From the NCBI RefSeq assembly GCF_000281045.1, contig NW_008246070.1, positions 834,954 through 863,776 on the forward strand: a stretch of 28,823 nt of DNA. Direction: 5' to 3'. The translations under genes and the position numbers were made by a program. Below the pieces are notes generated by a model. That model was not told where the DNA came from, searched no databases, and saw only the letters and a program-made list of their open reading frames with translations. Shown here in pieces: positions 12,299 through 23,290 of this stretch; position 1 is the stretch's first letter, and each line of letters starts with the position of its first letter. Origin of the DNA: Saprolegnia diclina VS20. Lineage: Eukaryota.

Positions 12299-14210
12299 CT
12301 AGATGGTAAATTCGCGTAGTGCGCGGCCCGAGAGCATCTCCCACTCTTCGTTTTGGCGCATCCACTCGAGTTCGCGGTAGAGGTTGAGGGCCATGGGCCG
12401 CGCCCGCGGGTCCCGCGCCAAGCACTCGGACGCCAAGAGACGCACGGCTTCCGGGCACGACGGCGACACGGCGGGTCGGAGGCCCTCGCTCAGAATCTTG
12501 TTGAGCACAACGAGTGGCGCGACGTGGAGGTCGCTGAAGACCGGTTCGTGCCGATCGAGCTCGACGAGAATGCACCCGAAAGCGTACAAGTCGGCTTCGC
12601 GCGTGACTGGCTCGCCATAGAGCACTTCGGGCGCCGTGTAAAACGCATCGTCTCGAGGGACATCTCGGCGGAGGCCGGTGACCGAGAGCTTGCAGTGCAT
12701 CGAGTCTATGACAAGCACGTTCTTGGGCTTGAGGCCGCGATGCAGCACGTTGGCCTCTTCGTGGAGGTAGGCAAGTCCGCGAGCAATGTCGAGCGCCAGC
12801 AAGAGCTTGGTGCTCCACGGTGCGGCGCGGTGACGCTGGAGGAACGCCGGGAGGTCGCCTTGCGCCAAGTACTCGGTCACCGCGACGAGCGACGAGAGGT
12901 GCTGGTTGTCCCATGCAAAGCCGTGGAAGCGCACAATGTTGTGGTGCTGCAGCCGCGCCATGACGCGGATCTCTTCTGTAAATACATCCAATGATTCGGG
13001 CGACAAGGTCTTCTTGATCGCGACCGTCTCGGTGCCGAGGCGCCCGACACACACTTCGGCCGTCGCGGACCGAGAGAGCACGCGGTCGCAGACAACATCC
13101 TTGTACGAGAGACGCTTGGCGAGAAGCCGCGGATCGTGCTGGAACTGCGCCGAGGACGACGAAGAGGGCGCAGCGACGGGCGACGCTTCGATCGCATGGC
13201 TGCTCGTGAGGAGCTGCGTCGAGCGTGGGCCCCAGACGTGCGGTGACGCGGCAGAGTCTTTGGACGACCGGGCGGCGCGGCGTTGGAAGAGGCACCGAAT
13301 GAGGTACAGGAGAAAGACGAGCCCAAAGACGCCGCCGATCGCAATGCCGACGAGCTGGACGGTCGGGTTGCTGGGTGACGCATGGTTGTTGGCATTGGTA
13401 GTCTCCGACGTGGGCTGTGGCAGCGACGCCTTGTATGCTGTGAGCCAGTCGTCCATGACCGCGCTGGGTGCAGGTAGACACCGATTCGTCGAGTCGGCGC
13501 GCTGGTTGCGCACTTCGCACGGGATCGTGAGGGCGCTGCGACCCGGCAGCGGACACGTGCCCCACGGCGCCTCGGGGTACCGGCCGTGCGGCTGTGTGTG
13601 GATCGCTGGCTTTGTCCAGCCAGCGTTTACGTCTTCGTGCTGAAAGACGCGCGGCTCGGGAATGTCATTAAGAGGTAGGTCGTCCTGCGCCAACTGGCTC
13701 GAGTGGCCGTCCGGAAAGCCGTTGAGGTCGATGGCGCACTTGGCCATGGCGTCCGAGAGCTTTCCGTCGCAGTTTTGCGATCGAAGCACGGTCGTATTGC
13801 TTGCGCTTTGACACTCGGTGCGGTTGTTGAGCGGCATATGGCCGTTGAGGAAGGTTGCAAAGTTGACAGCAATGTCGCCCATGGGGACACCGCTGCGGTC
13901 GCTCGTGCAGTTGGTGTAGACCTGTACATACGCGTCCGCGCCATCAGCAAAGCCAAGGACAAATCCGGCGTCCCAGATAAGCGCGCGCTGCAGAAGTGAT
14001 GGCAACGACGCCCAACGCAGCCTGAGCGGCGAGAGCCGCTGGAGCACACTGGGCGGTGGTGGCAGCGCGAGCGGCGCCGGGTCGACGACACCAGCGTCAT
14101 AGAGGGCTTGGTACCGGCCAACGTAGTTGGCGCTCTCTCTCCACTGCATCCGACTGCGTGGCGAGCCTGGTGTATACGGGTGTGGCTGTAATCGCCGCGG
14201 CTGGCCTCAT
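12299..14210 (-). CDS. Oomycete-type receptor-like TKL kinase, predicted pseudokinase; possible frameshift near the 5' end
   Basis: Intronless ORF 14149-12299 with a Cys-rich ectodomain (LPSLLQRALIWDAGFV...), TM (LVGIAIGGVFGLVFLLYLI) and a kinase fold with VAIK, FTEEIRVMARLQHHNIVRFHG, YTAPE and ADLYAFG. HRD is replaced by HRG and DFG by VTG. A putative upstream start at 14210 is in another frame. Confidence 0.85.
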
Positions 14211-15718
14211 GCGCGCTTGAGATATATCCGGTTGACATTGCACAACGGTGCTGGTCGTGCGCGTTTTGATTGGCTCCTCGTTTACATTGCCAATCAAACG
14301 AACCGACGGGTGCGACCATCGCATCTGATCGTGCTGGCAACAACCCGAGCTTCCTTGGCCACGGAGCGTTCGATGCAAGCAGGGGTACAAGAGAACACTA
14401 GAATACCGGTCCTGGCTACGACGATGCGACAGGCAAAGCTTCTCTAGTATATCTATTTGCTATAATTTTTAGTGGGTGCTCATAATATGAGCCAACACGG
14501 TCGGCGTTGGAGTAGCTACTGTCGCGTCGTACGTAAATCATTATTGGAGACTGCGAGGTAGAGTCCACTTCAAAAGACGTGGGCAAGGATTCTCGTCAAG
14601 TGTCTGTTTTCTTTTGCAAAACAGTCTCCGGTCCAAGGGCACGTGCAGCATGTCCTCGCACATCTCGTCGCCAATCGAACGTGTTGCATATATGAGGGAG
14701 GCCACAGTACACGATGGTGAGAGGCGGTCGCGGGCGATGTCTTCGGCGCATCCACATGGCGTTGCCTTCCTCCTCCTTCATTGCACAGGACGCATGACCC
14801 CTCTCGATGACGCACACAGAGTGTACAGTGCCGCTCAGCTCGAACCCTGCTCGTCTCCACACGACAAGCAGCGTTACGACGCTTGATTGCTCGCACACGG
14901 AAATCTGCAATTTGAGTTTATTTCACAGTCCGCTAGCAGCGATACCTCCAGAGCTTGGAGGGTAGCGCGCGGTGTCCGTCGGTGGCTCCCGTGAGCTTCC
15001 CCCTCTCCCGTGGTAAATATTGGTGAGATACGTTTGTTAAATATTCGGACTAGTCAATACGACAGCGATAGCCAACACGAGCTTTCAACGCAGCATGTCC
15101 ACATGTGTCGCCGACTCGGCAACGAGCGCTGCCGGACAAGCTTGTGCGATGACAGGTGAAGTTCAAAGAGAAGGTCAACAACACTAAGCGTTGAGCCGGA
15201 GCCAAACCACATCGTAGCTGCCAGCACAATGGAGCCTGCAATGTAGCTTGGGAAGAAAGAGCGTCACAGCCTCCTGTGTGCCGCAAGTAAACCGTGGCAT
15301 TCTCGGGTTGACGCAAGCCTCGTCAAACCCTTCGCTTGAGTTGTTGAGCATTTCGTGTCGTCGTGGCTGCTGAACGACAATGGTGGCCGTCCTCCGTGGT
15401 GTACATTTGGATCAGTCTGATGCGTTTCCATCCATTGGTGGCGATCTGATGAAGCTTCTGATGATCGCTGGTCAAAGGCAGATGTTGTTCTGGGCTACGA
15501 GTGTTTGTCCACCGGAGTGCTAGTGAGAACTCAGAGTGGAGCCCACGGTAGTGATCATCTCCGCCGTACGTCGGCAAGCCAAGGCCGATGCCAACGAGTG
15601 CAAGCTGCGCAACCATCGCCCGCGACTGCGAACACAGCAAACACCACGCGTCAAGCGTCAAGCAGAGCCATCGGTCGCTCAACCTGCTAGGAATACAACG
15701 CAGCTCTCGTTTGTTGAT

Positions 15719-17260
15719 TTACTGAGCCGGTTTGTGCGCGACGAGCCAAGTGTCCTTGTTGGGTGATGGAAAATGCCACGAGTGCGTCAGCTGCTGCGAC
15801 CGCTTCGAGTAGACGCTGGGTTCGTCAAACGAGAATTTCCCGTTGACCTTTTCGTAGTGCACCAAGTGGCGCTCCTTCCAGCGCTGAAAGTCGACGTTGG
15901 CAATCATCGAAAAGTGATGGTCGCGCATCTCGTCGTTCGAAACCACGAGCGTGCGGCCGCCGAGCTTGACGGCCGCGTAGAGCCAGTACCAGTCGTCGTT
16001 GTTGCCCGGGCGGCAGTTGAACATGACACCGTCGTCCTTCCAGCTCTGGACCATGGCCCGCAGCGCTTCGGGGACCTCGCGGTCTTTGGTCCGTCGCTTG
16101 TGGAGCACAATGAGCACCTTCTTGCCGAGCGCTTGGTACGCCTGCAGCACGCGCTGGATCTGCGTGTACTTGAAGCCGCCCCTGACGTTCATTCATAGTG
16201 AGGTTAGGACTTTTGAACCGGGTAAGTACCCTTCAAAGTTTTGGCTAAAGTAACCAATGTTGGCCGCGTCCAAAAGCACATCGAACGGCCCGTTTGCGTC
16301 AAGCCACTCCTTGAACGCAGCCCACTGCTCGGTGCGCTCGTCGTTGGTGCACACGAGGCCTTCGACCTTGGCCATGAGCGCCGCTTGCTTCTCGTCGCTG
16401 AGCTCAATCGACTGCAATTGGGCGCCTGTGATCGAGCACACGCCGTTCGGGTCAACCGTGCCCGTCGCACACGTGTACCCGTTGCTACATCGTCGTCGAT
16501 GGTACGAGGTAGGAACAGTAGCGTGTGGCACTACCTCGTAAAGAAGGACTCGAGGACCACCTGCGTTTCGTTGGACGGCTCGAGGATCTCGTCCATGAAG
16601 ATGGCCAAGATCTTGTAAAACATGGCAGCGTTCGACTCGACATGCGCCGCGCGGAGGAGCGCGGTAAACTCGATTTCAGTCACGTCCAATGCCTTGGACT
16701 TGATCGTCTCGTAGATGCGCCATGCGTCAGTAAGGCGCTTGGTCGACGCGTACTCGAGGAGCAGCGGCGAGAACGTCCGGAGCTTCGTGAGCACGTGCGC
16801 GGCTTCGACCTCGGCGAGCAGCGCTTCGGCGCGGTCCGTCGCGTGGTGCTTGGCGCAGAGACGCACGAGCGCGCTGTAGCAGGGCTCGTCCACTGGGTGC
16901 TTCTTGGAGGTCGCGCCGAGCCGTTCCTTCATGTGGTTGAGGACCGCGAACGCGTCGTCGAGGATGTTGGCCTCAGCTTGCCCGCAAAGGGTCAGAAGCA
17001 TCTGGTAGATGTACGCCTGCATCTTGACGTCCTTCTCTTGCATCTCGCGAAAGATAGCGAGCGCTTCGACCACGTTGGCCGACTGCATGCACGCTTCCAT
17101 GCGCTTGCGGTAGCCCATGAGCTCGAGTTCTTCCGGGCTCTACGCATGGGGCCATCGTCCTACCCATGTCACGAGGCAGATGTACCATGCGACGCATGCG
17201 CTTGTTCATCTTCTTGGCCGCGGCCTCGTCGTCGCGCGGGCGCTTGGCGTCGGTCGACAT
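15719..17260 (-). CDS. PRORP: Protein-only RNase P (PPR + NYN nuclease)
   Basis: Exons 17260-17186, 17139-16535, 16484-16230 and 16181-15719. PPR-like helices (YSALVRLCA, KLRTFSPLL) and NYN motifs FDVLLDAANIG, NDDWYWLYAAV and VSNDEMRDHHF. The basic N-terminus KRPR...KKMNKRMRR is NLS-like. Confidence 0.93.
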
Positions 17261-17450
17261 GGCGGCAACTTGAAACTTGGCACCAATCAGTTGATCATCC
17301 GGATAATGCGATCTCTCGCGCCGTATACGGATACGAAGCGAATAGTGTCATGTGGACACTAAATATGGACATCTGCTATCGCGAGGATCGCGTGCGTCGC
17401 GCAGTCGCCGAGCTCGGCGCGTTCGTTCGGCTGCGCAATGGCCACTTGGA

Positions 17451-17486
17451 GCCTGCGCCACCTCTGGCGCCTGCGCCACCTCTGGC
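17451..17486 (+). repeat. Perfect 18-nt tandem duplication in a divergent promoter region
   Basis: GCCTGCGCCACCTCTGGC occurs twice (17451-17468, 17469-17486). Confidence 0.9.
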
Positions 17487-17851
17487 GTCGGCGCCGGTGA
17501 TAGTTGTGGCTTGCTGCATTTATTGAAGCTCTTCCGAGGTTGAGATAACCATATAGATCTGATTGTCGGCAAGAAAGGCAACAGATACCGAGGTAGCACC
17601 GTGCACATAGGTTTGAACGGGCTTTGCCAGCGGCGAGGTACCTGTCGTGGTGCGCGGACTGCGCTCGACACAAGGGCGATTGCATTGAAGCACGGGATGT
17701 TCGCAGAGTGGACGTGTGCGACATGCGGCGTGAGTCACACTATTGGTTGCTTCACACTAAAACCGGGCCGCGCGGTCGCCAGCGTAGTATTTTGGGAAGG
17801 GGACCGCGGCCAGCAAGCAACTCGACGCAGAAACGTGGCGAGAGCGATAGA

Positions 17852-19132
17852 ATGGTGTCGACCAAGTGCCGCATCGTCGACTGCCCGCGCTTCAGCCAAG
17901 GCGGCGGTCTCTGCATCGGGCACGGAGGCGGCCGCGTGTGCAAGTTCGACGGCTGCGAAGCCAGCGCGCAAGCGCAAGGCTTCTGCTCCAAGCACGGTGG
18001 CAAGAAGCTCTGCAAGGAACCGGGCTGTCCCAACAAACGTGTTTTCCGCGGCTGCTGCAAGGCGCACGGCGGGAGCCGTACCTGTACACATCCAGGATGT
18101 ACCAACAAGGACGTCGGCCGCGGCTTCTGCGTCTCGCACGGCGGCGGCACGAAGTGCGCGATGGCCGGCTGCGACAAGGTCGAGCGCGGTGGCGGCTATT
18201 GCAAAGCCCACGGCGGTGGGAAGCGCTGCTCGAGAGAAGAGTGCAATGCGTGGGCGCCGCATGGCGGCTTGTGCCCGACACACAAGTACGAGCCGCCGCC
18301 ACCCCCCGCGCCGACGCCCGAGCCGCTCCGGTTTCTCTGCCAATACAACAAGTGTCCAAAGATCGACCTCGGAAATGGCTTTTGCAAGGAGCACGGCGGG
18401 AAGCGCCAGTGCATGCGCGAAGGCTGCAACAAGGCACAACAATCGAAAAAACTCTGTCGCGAACACGGCGGCAGTCGCCTCTGCACGGTGGACGGATGCA
18501 CGAAGACGGCGCAGTACCTCCAGCTCTGCAAGGGCCACGGCGGCAAGCGCAAGTGCACCATCGAGGGCTGTGAGAACGCTGTGAAAACGGCCGGGCATTG
18601 CATTCGCCACGGTGGCGGCACCAAATGCCACACGGACGGCTGCAAGGGCGTCGACCGAGGCGGCGGCCACTGCAAAGCCCACGGCGGTGGCAAGAAGTGT
18701 GGCAACACCGAGTGCCGCAAGTGGGTGCTCGGGGGTGGCTTCTGTCCGGACCACGTCCCGGGAGTGGCTCCGTCGCCGGTGCCGGCGCGCCACATCAAAG
18801 TACCCACCAAGCACATTTCCAAGTCGCAGCGCCCGCACTTGCCTCCACAACAGCAGCAGCAGCACACCCTGCTCTCTACTCACGACGTCGAGCCGTACTC
18901 TCACCACCATGCAGCCATGTACAATCCGCACCACCACCACACACAAGCCCCCTCGTATCCCCAGCCGCGACCGCAGCAGCTACCCCGTCACCACCACCAT
19001 ACGCACATCGCGGCGCCGCCCTTGCACGCCGAGGTGATGACGTATTCGATGCACTCGTACGCGCCGAGCTACCCACCACCGATGCAGCAGCTCGCATACC
19101 AGACGTACCTCGACAACCTGCACATAATCTAG
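17852..19132 (+). CDS. WRKY19-like zinc-finger repeat protein (12 Cx4C-x10-CxxH(GG) units) with His/Gln/Pro-rich tail
   Basis: Intronless, probable start at ATG 17852. Two blocks of six repeats are separated by a poly-Pro linker. This repeat family is expanded in oomycetes and stramenopiles. No WRKY domain is present. Confidence 0.88.
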   Translation: MVSTKCRIVDCPRFSQGGGLCIGHGGGRVCKFDGCEASAQAQGFCSKHGGKKLCKEPGCPNKRVFRGCCKAHGGSRTCTHPGCTNKDVGRGFCVSHGGGTKCAMAGCDKVERGGGYCKAHGGGKRCSREECNAWAPHGGLCPTHKYEPPPPPAPTPEPLRFLCQYNKCPKIDLGNGFCKEHGGKRQCMREGCNKAQQSKKLCREHGGSRLCTVDGCTKTAQYLQLCKGHGGKRKCTIEGCENAVKTAGHCIRHGGGTKCHTDGCKGVDRGGGHCKAHGGGKKCGNTECRKWVLGGGFCPDHVPGVAPSPVPARHIKVPTKHISKSQRPHLPPQQQQQHTLLSTHDVEPYSHHHAAMYNPHHHHTQAPSYPQPRPQQLPRHHHHTHIAAPPLHAEVMTYSMHSYAPSYPPPMQQLAYQTYLDNLHII

Positions 19133-19256
19133 TAGTCGTAATGTCAGCGTCTGTGTTGTCTCTTCTACCGACTTTGCCGTTGCCGTTACACCCGTCAACG
19201 CACATCAAAATTGAGCCAATCATCGGCGTCCAAAACGATCTTGCCAGTCTCAAAAC

Positions 19257-20169
19257 ATGAATTCGAAGGCGAATACCACCGCCATGGAGACCGTCGCGGA
19301 CATCGGCATCGTCGGCGGCGGCGTCCTCCCGTATGTGCCCCAGTACATCTACATGGCTCGGTACAGCGACACCTCGGGCTTTTCGTCGATGGTGTGCTTG
19401 ATCTTACTGGCCGCCAACATGACGCGCGTCTGCTTTTACGTGCGGTCGCCGTTTGAAGCGACGCTCCTCGTGCAGAGCGTCGTTATGATGGCCGCGCAGC
19501 TCCTCATGCTCGAGCTCGTCGTCCGCAAAGGCCGACGACCCACGACGGACCCGCCGCTTCGTCTCGTCCGTACGTGAAAACCACTCGTTCTGTCGACTCA
19601 TGTTATACTAGACTGGAGCCGCCATGCGTTTTGGAAATGGAGCTACTTTTCCGACTACCTCGGTGCGCTCAGTCTCTTGACGTGTCTGGCGTACGTCCTG
19701 TTTGTGTCGCTCTTCCCGAGCAGCGACGAGTACACGCAGCTCGTCGGCATCGTCGCACTCGGCACCGAGGCGTGTCTCGGCCTCCCCCAAGTCCACAAAA
19801 ACCACAAGCGCCGGTCCACAGACGGCGTCAGGTACTTCGTTCCGGCTCGTATCGAGTAGTAAGACTTGAGAGCTGTGGAATAGCTACACGATGGTCGTGG
19901 GGTGGGCATTTGGCGACGTCTTCAAGACCATGTACGCCCTCCACACGTCCAGTCCGCTGCAGTTTGTGCTCTGCGGCGCGACCCAGACGCTCGTCGACGG
20001 CGTCTTGGTGCTGCAGATACTCTGCTTTGCCCGGCATGCCCGCTTTCGCCTTAACGACGTTGCGTATGCGCCGATCAAGGGCCTTGCCAAGGAAGAGACG
20101 CTCCAAGACAAGGGCACCGAGAGCTCGAGCACCGGGCGCCGACAGAGCACGACGATCACACCGCTGTAA
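19257..20169 (+). CDS. PQ-loop repeat membrane protein, PQLC1/SLC66A2 (Any1)-like
   Basis: Exons 19257-19569, 19612-19831 and 19884-20169. Motifs: LPYVPQY..GFSSMVCLILLAANMTR..FEATLLVQS, EACLGLPQVHKNHKRRSTDGVS, and WAFGDVFKTMY..SPLQFVLCG. Confidence 0.9.
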
Positions 20170-20236
20170 CAAGCTCTTCATTAACATTAGATATCCTTCC
20201 ACGAGGTGCCCGTGGTCGTCGTTGTGTCTATGTACC

Positions 20237-23200
20237 CTACTTCTTCAACTGCTTGACAATCTTCTGCCGGCGGCCCGACGAGAGCTTGGGGGCCTGGAGG
20301 AACGGCGTGTGCAGCTGGTTGCCACCGGCGTCGTCGTGGCTCGACTCGCCGTACGACTGGAGCGCCGACGGCTGGCGCACGAGCAGCTTCTCGTTGGTCG
20401 GCTGCGGCCGCGGCGCGTCGTGCTGGACCGGCGCCTGCTGGTACGACTGCTGCGGCGGTTGCTGGTACGACTGTTGCGGCGGTTGCTGGTACGACTGCGG
20501 TTGCTGGTACGACCGCTGTGATTCGTACTGCGGCGGCGCTTGCTGGTACGACCGCGACGCTTCCTGTGGCGGCGGCGACGACGTCTTTTGCGTCTGGAAG
20601 CGCAACACAATCGGCTTGGGGAGCGTCTTGAGCTGGTCCATAATGTCATTGAACGTGCACTTGCTCGTGTGGCAGCTGTGGCCGTTGATCGCGCGCAGCT
20701 GGTCGCCCGCGACGCTCGGCGGGAGGTGCGCGGCGCAGCCGACGCCCGTGACACGCGTAATGTACGGGTACTCGCTCTTGTCGTCCGCGCCGTGGAGCGA
20801 GAGGCCGAGCGAGCCCTCGGCCCAGTTGAGGTCGTAGTACTGACGGCTCGACGACGAGCCCGACGCACCGCGCGGAAGCGAGGCTGGCGGCTGCATGCTC
20901 GGTGTCGGCGCACTCGTCGTCGTTTGCACGGGCATCGACGCGCTCGGCGCCGCGCGGAGCGTGTTGACACCGCCGCTGTTGCTCGACGAGCTCGACCGGT
21001 GGATGTTGTCGGCCTTAAAGTGCAGCGTCACGGGCCGCGGCACCTTCTTGAGGTACGCGACAATGCGCGTGTACTCCATCTGGCGCACGTCGATCGTGTT
21101 GATATGCGTCATCTCGTCGCCAATGCAGTCGTCCGTGAGGTGCCCCGCGGCGCCGGTGCCGTTGGTGCGCTTGATGTACGCGCCGGTTTCGTGCGGAATT
21201 GCATCGATCGTCAAGCCGAGCGGGCCGTCCGGGCCCCACACGATCGTGTACGTCCCCGCGTCCGCCGGTTGCGGCACATCAATGTCCACTTCGACCTCGG
21301 CTTTGGGCTTCTTGACCGGCTCCGGGGCCGGCTTGGACTTGGGCTTGCGCTCGACGACGACGTCGGGCGCCGGCACCGGCAATGGCAGCAGCATCGAGCC
21401 GTTGGCCGTGCCTTGGGCCGATGTGAACTGCATAAAGATGGGCTTGGGCAGCGTCTTGAGGAGGTCCACAATGTCTTCGAACGTCAGGACTGTCGTCGAC
21501 TTGCCCTGGACGCTCGTGAGGTAGTCGCCCACCTGCGCGTACTCGACGCCCGGCGACGTGCCCTTGCCCGTGACCCGCTTGATGACGGGCAGGTCGCCGG
21601 GCTGGAGGCCCGGAATGATCGTGAGGCCGAGCGGGCCTTCGCGCCAGTCGACTTGGTACGTCGTGCCAGGCGCCAGGCCGCGCGAGCTCACGGGCACTTC
21701 GGGTTGCTTGGCCTTGGCGGGCGGCGCGTCGCCCTTGGGCCGCGTGGGGACACCGCCGACACCGCGGAACGTGAGCTTTGCGGGCAGCTGGACCTTCTTG
21801 AGCACCGACATGGTGAGCGCGCACCCGAGCGAGACTGTGTCGATGTTGTTGATGGCGCAGAGCACGTCGCCGATCGCAATGTTTTCCTTGACCGCGACCG
21901 AGCCGGGCTTCTTGGTGAGGCGATGGACAATCGGCAGTGCCTCGGGCGACCCGTCGTCCTTGAGCGTCAGCCCCAAGGGCCCGTTGCCCCAGCGCACCGT
22001 GTACTCGCGGATCGCTCGGTTGTCCGGGTCGGCGCTGCCAAACTTCATGATGAGCGGGTTGCCGTTCTCGGACAAAATCTCTTCCATCTCGGCCTCCGAC
22101 ATGGCGACGCCCGTGAGGAGCTGGCCGTTCACCGACAAAAGCACGTCGCCAAGGATGATGTGCGAAAATGACTCGTCGGCGTCGACCTCGGCCAGCTGGT
22201 TCCATGTGCCGTCTGGGCCGGCGCAGAAGCGCATTTGCGGACGAAAGTCAAGCTTCCAGACCACAATCTTGAGCGAGAGAAACGCAGCGCACTTGTTGTT
22301 CCACGTTGGCGGCGTCGCAGGGTCGGCAGCAGCGACGGGGACGACCGCGGTCGTCGGCTGTACCGGGTCGACGTCGATGCTGCGCTGTGATCGCATAGGC
22401 TTGTCTGGCGACGACCGCGACGAGGACCCCTTGTCTCGCGATGAGCCACTGCTCTCTTGGCGCGCCATGGGGGCTGGCGGTGCCCGCTTCCCGGGGTCTT
22501 CTTCGACGACGGCCGAGAGGCTTCGACTGAGCGATCCTTGCGAGATGCTGTTTTTTCGGGACCGGCTGCTGGAGCTGCCCGTGAAGAGATGGCCCATTTC
22601 CTTCTGGAGTCGAATCTTGACCTCCATCGCGATCCGGTTCATGTCGGCGTCGGTCCACGAGGCGTTCGAGAGCACCATCTGCGACTCGATGGCTTGGGCA
22701 ATGCGGTTCTCCTCTTGCTTCTTCAGTCGACGCATGATCTTTTCTTCGATGCGGCGCTCAATGTCCGAGTCGACTCGAAGGCGCTTGTCGCTGCCGCCCT
22801 TCTTGCCACCGCCGCCGCCACCGCCGCCGGCACTGCTGCTGCTCGATTGTTGTTTGCTGAGCGTCTTGCCATTTTTGCCACCACCACGCGCAGGCTGCGG
22901 CGGTTCGTCTTCTTCGCTCGACTCGTCTGAGGAGTCGTAGTACGACTCGTCACTGGAGCTGCCGTCCGCTACAGTGTAAATGAGTCTTGTGGCCCACCGC
23001 GCGCAGGGTACGTACATTCGTCGTCGTTAAACTTGGAGCAGCGCAGGTTTCTGCACCGCAGGCGATGTGAGGAAGCATGGTATGTCATGCACTCCTACGT
23101 GCCATGAGGCCAAGCGTCCATCGCCGCTGCCACGTACCCGGGAGCAATAGTACACTTCTCCGCAGCCGCTCGAGCACGGGATCGTCGCGCCCGGCGCGCC

Positions 23201-23290
23201 GCAGTTGCCGCACGGCTCGCTGGCCTGCAGCGCCTTGAGCAGCATGTCGTCGTCGTCGTCGTCGTAGTTGGCTCCACCATAGCGTGACAT
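20237..23290 (-). CDS. MYND-type zinc finger + multi-PDZ scaffold protein
   Basis: Exons 23290-23138, 23094-23016 and 22968-20237. Spliced finger CGNCG..CSSGCGEVYYCSR|ECMTYHASSHRLRC. Four clear PDZ domains (WGNGPLGLTL, WREGPLGLTI, WGPDGPLGLTI, WAEGSLGLSL) plus one degenerate PDZ. C-terminal QQPPQQSY repeats. Confidence 0.88.

Noticed and set aside
14450..15700. 1.2-kb spacer with short ORFs and a small hairpin near 14943-14963
   Set aside because: No coherent gene model, known RNA motif or transposon end could be identified, and the short stem could arise by chance.
17624..17851. N-terminal extension of the 502-aa ORF
   Set aside because: It begins at a non-ATG codon and has non-coding-like composition. 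ATG 17852 directly precedes the first finger.
20540..22940. Long plus-strand ORFs (543 aa and 460 aa) opposite the PDZ gene, and similar antisense ORFs over GAD, the pseudokinase and the zinc-finger gene
   Set aside because: These are shadow ORFs expected from GC-rich codon bias, and they carry no recognisable motifs.
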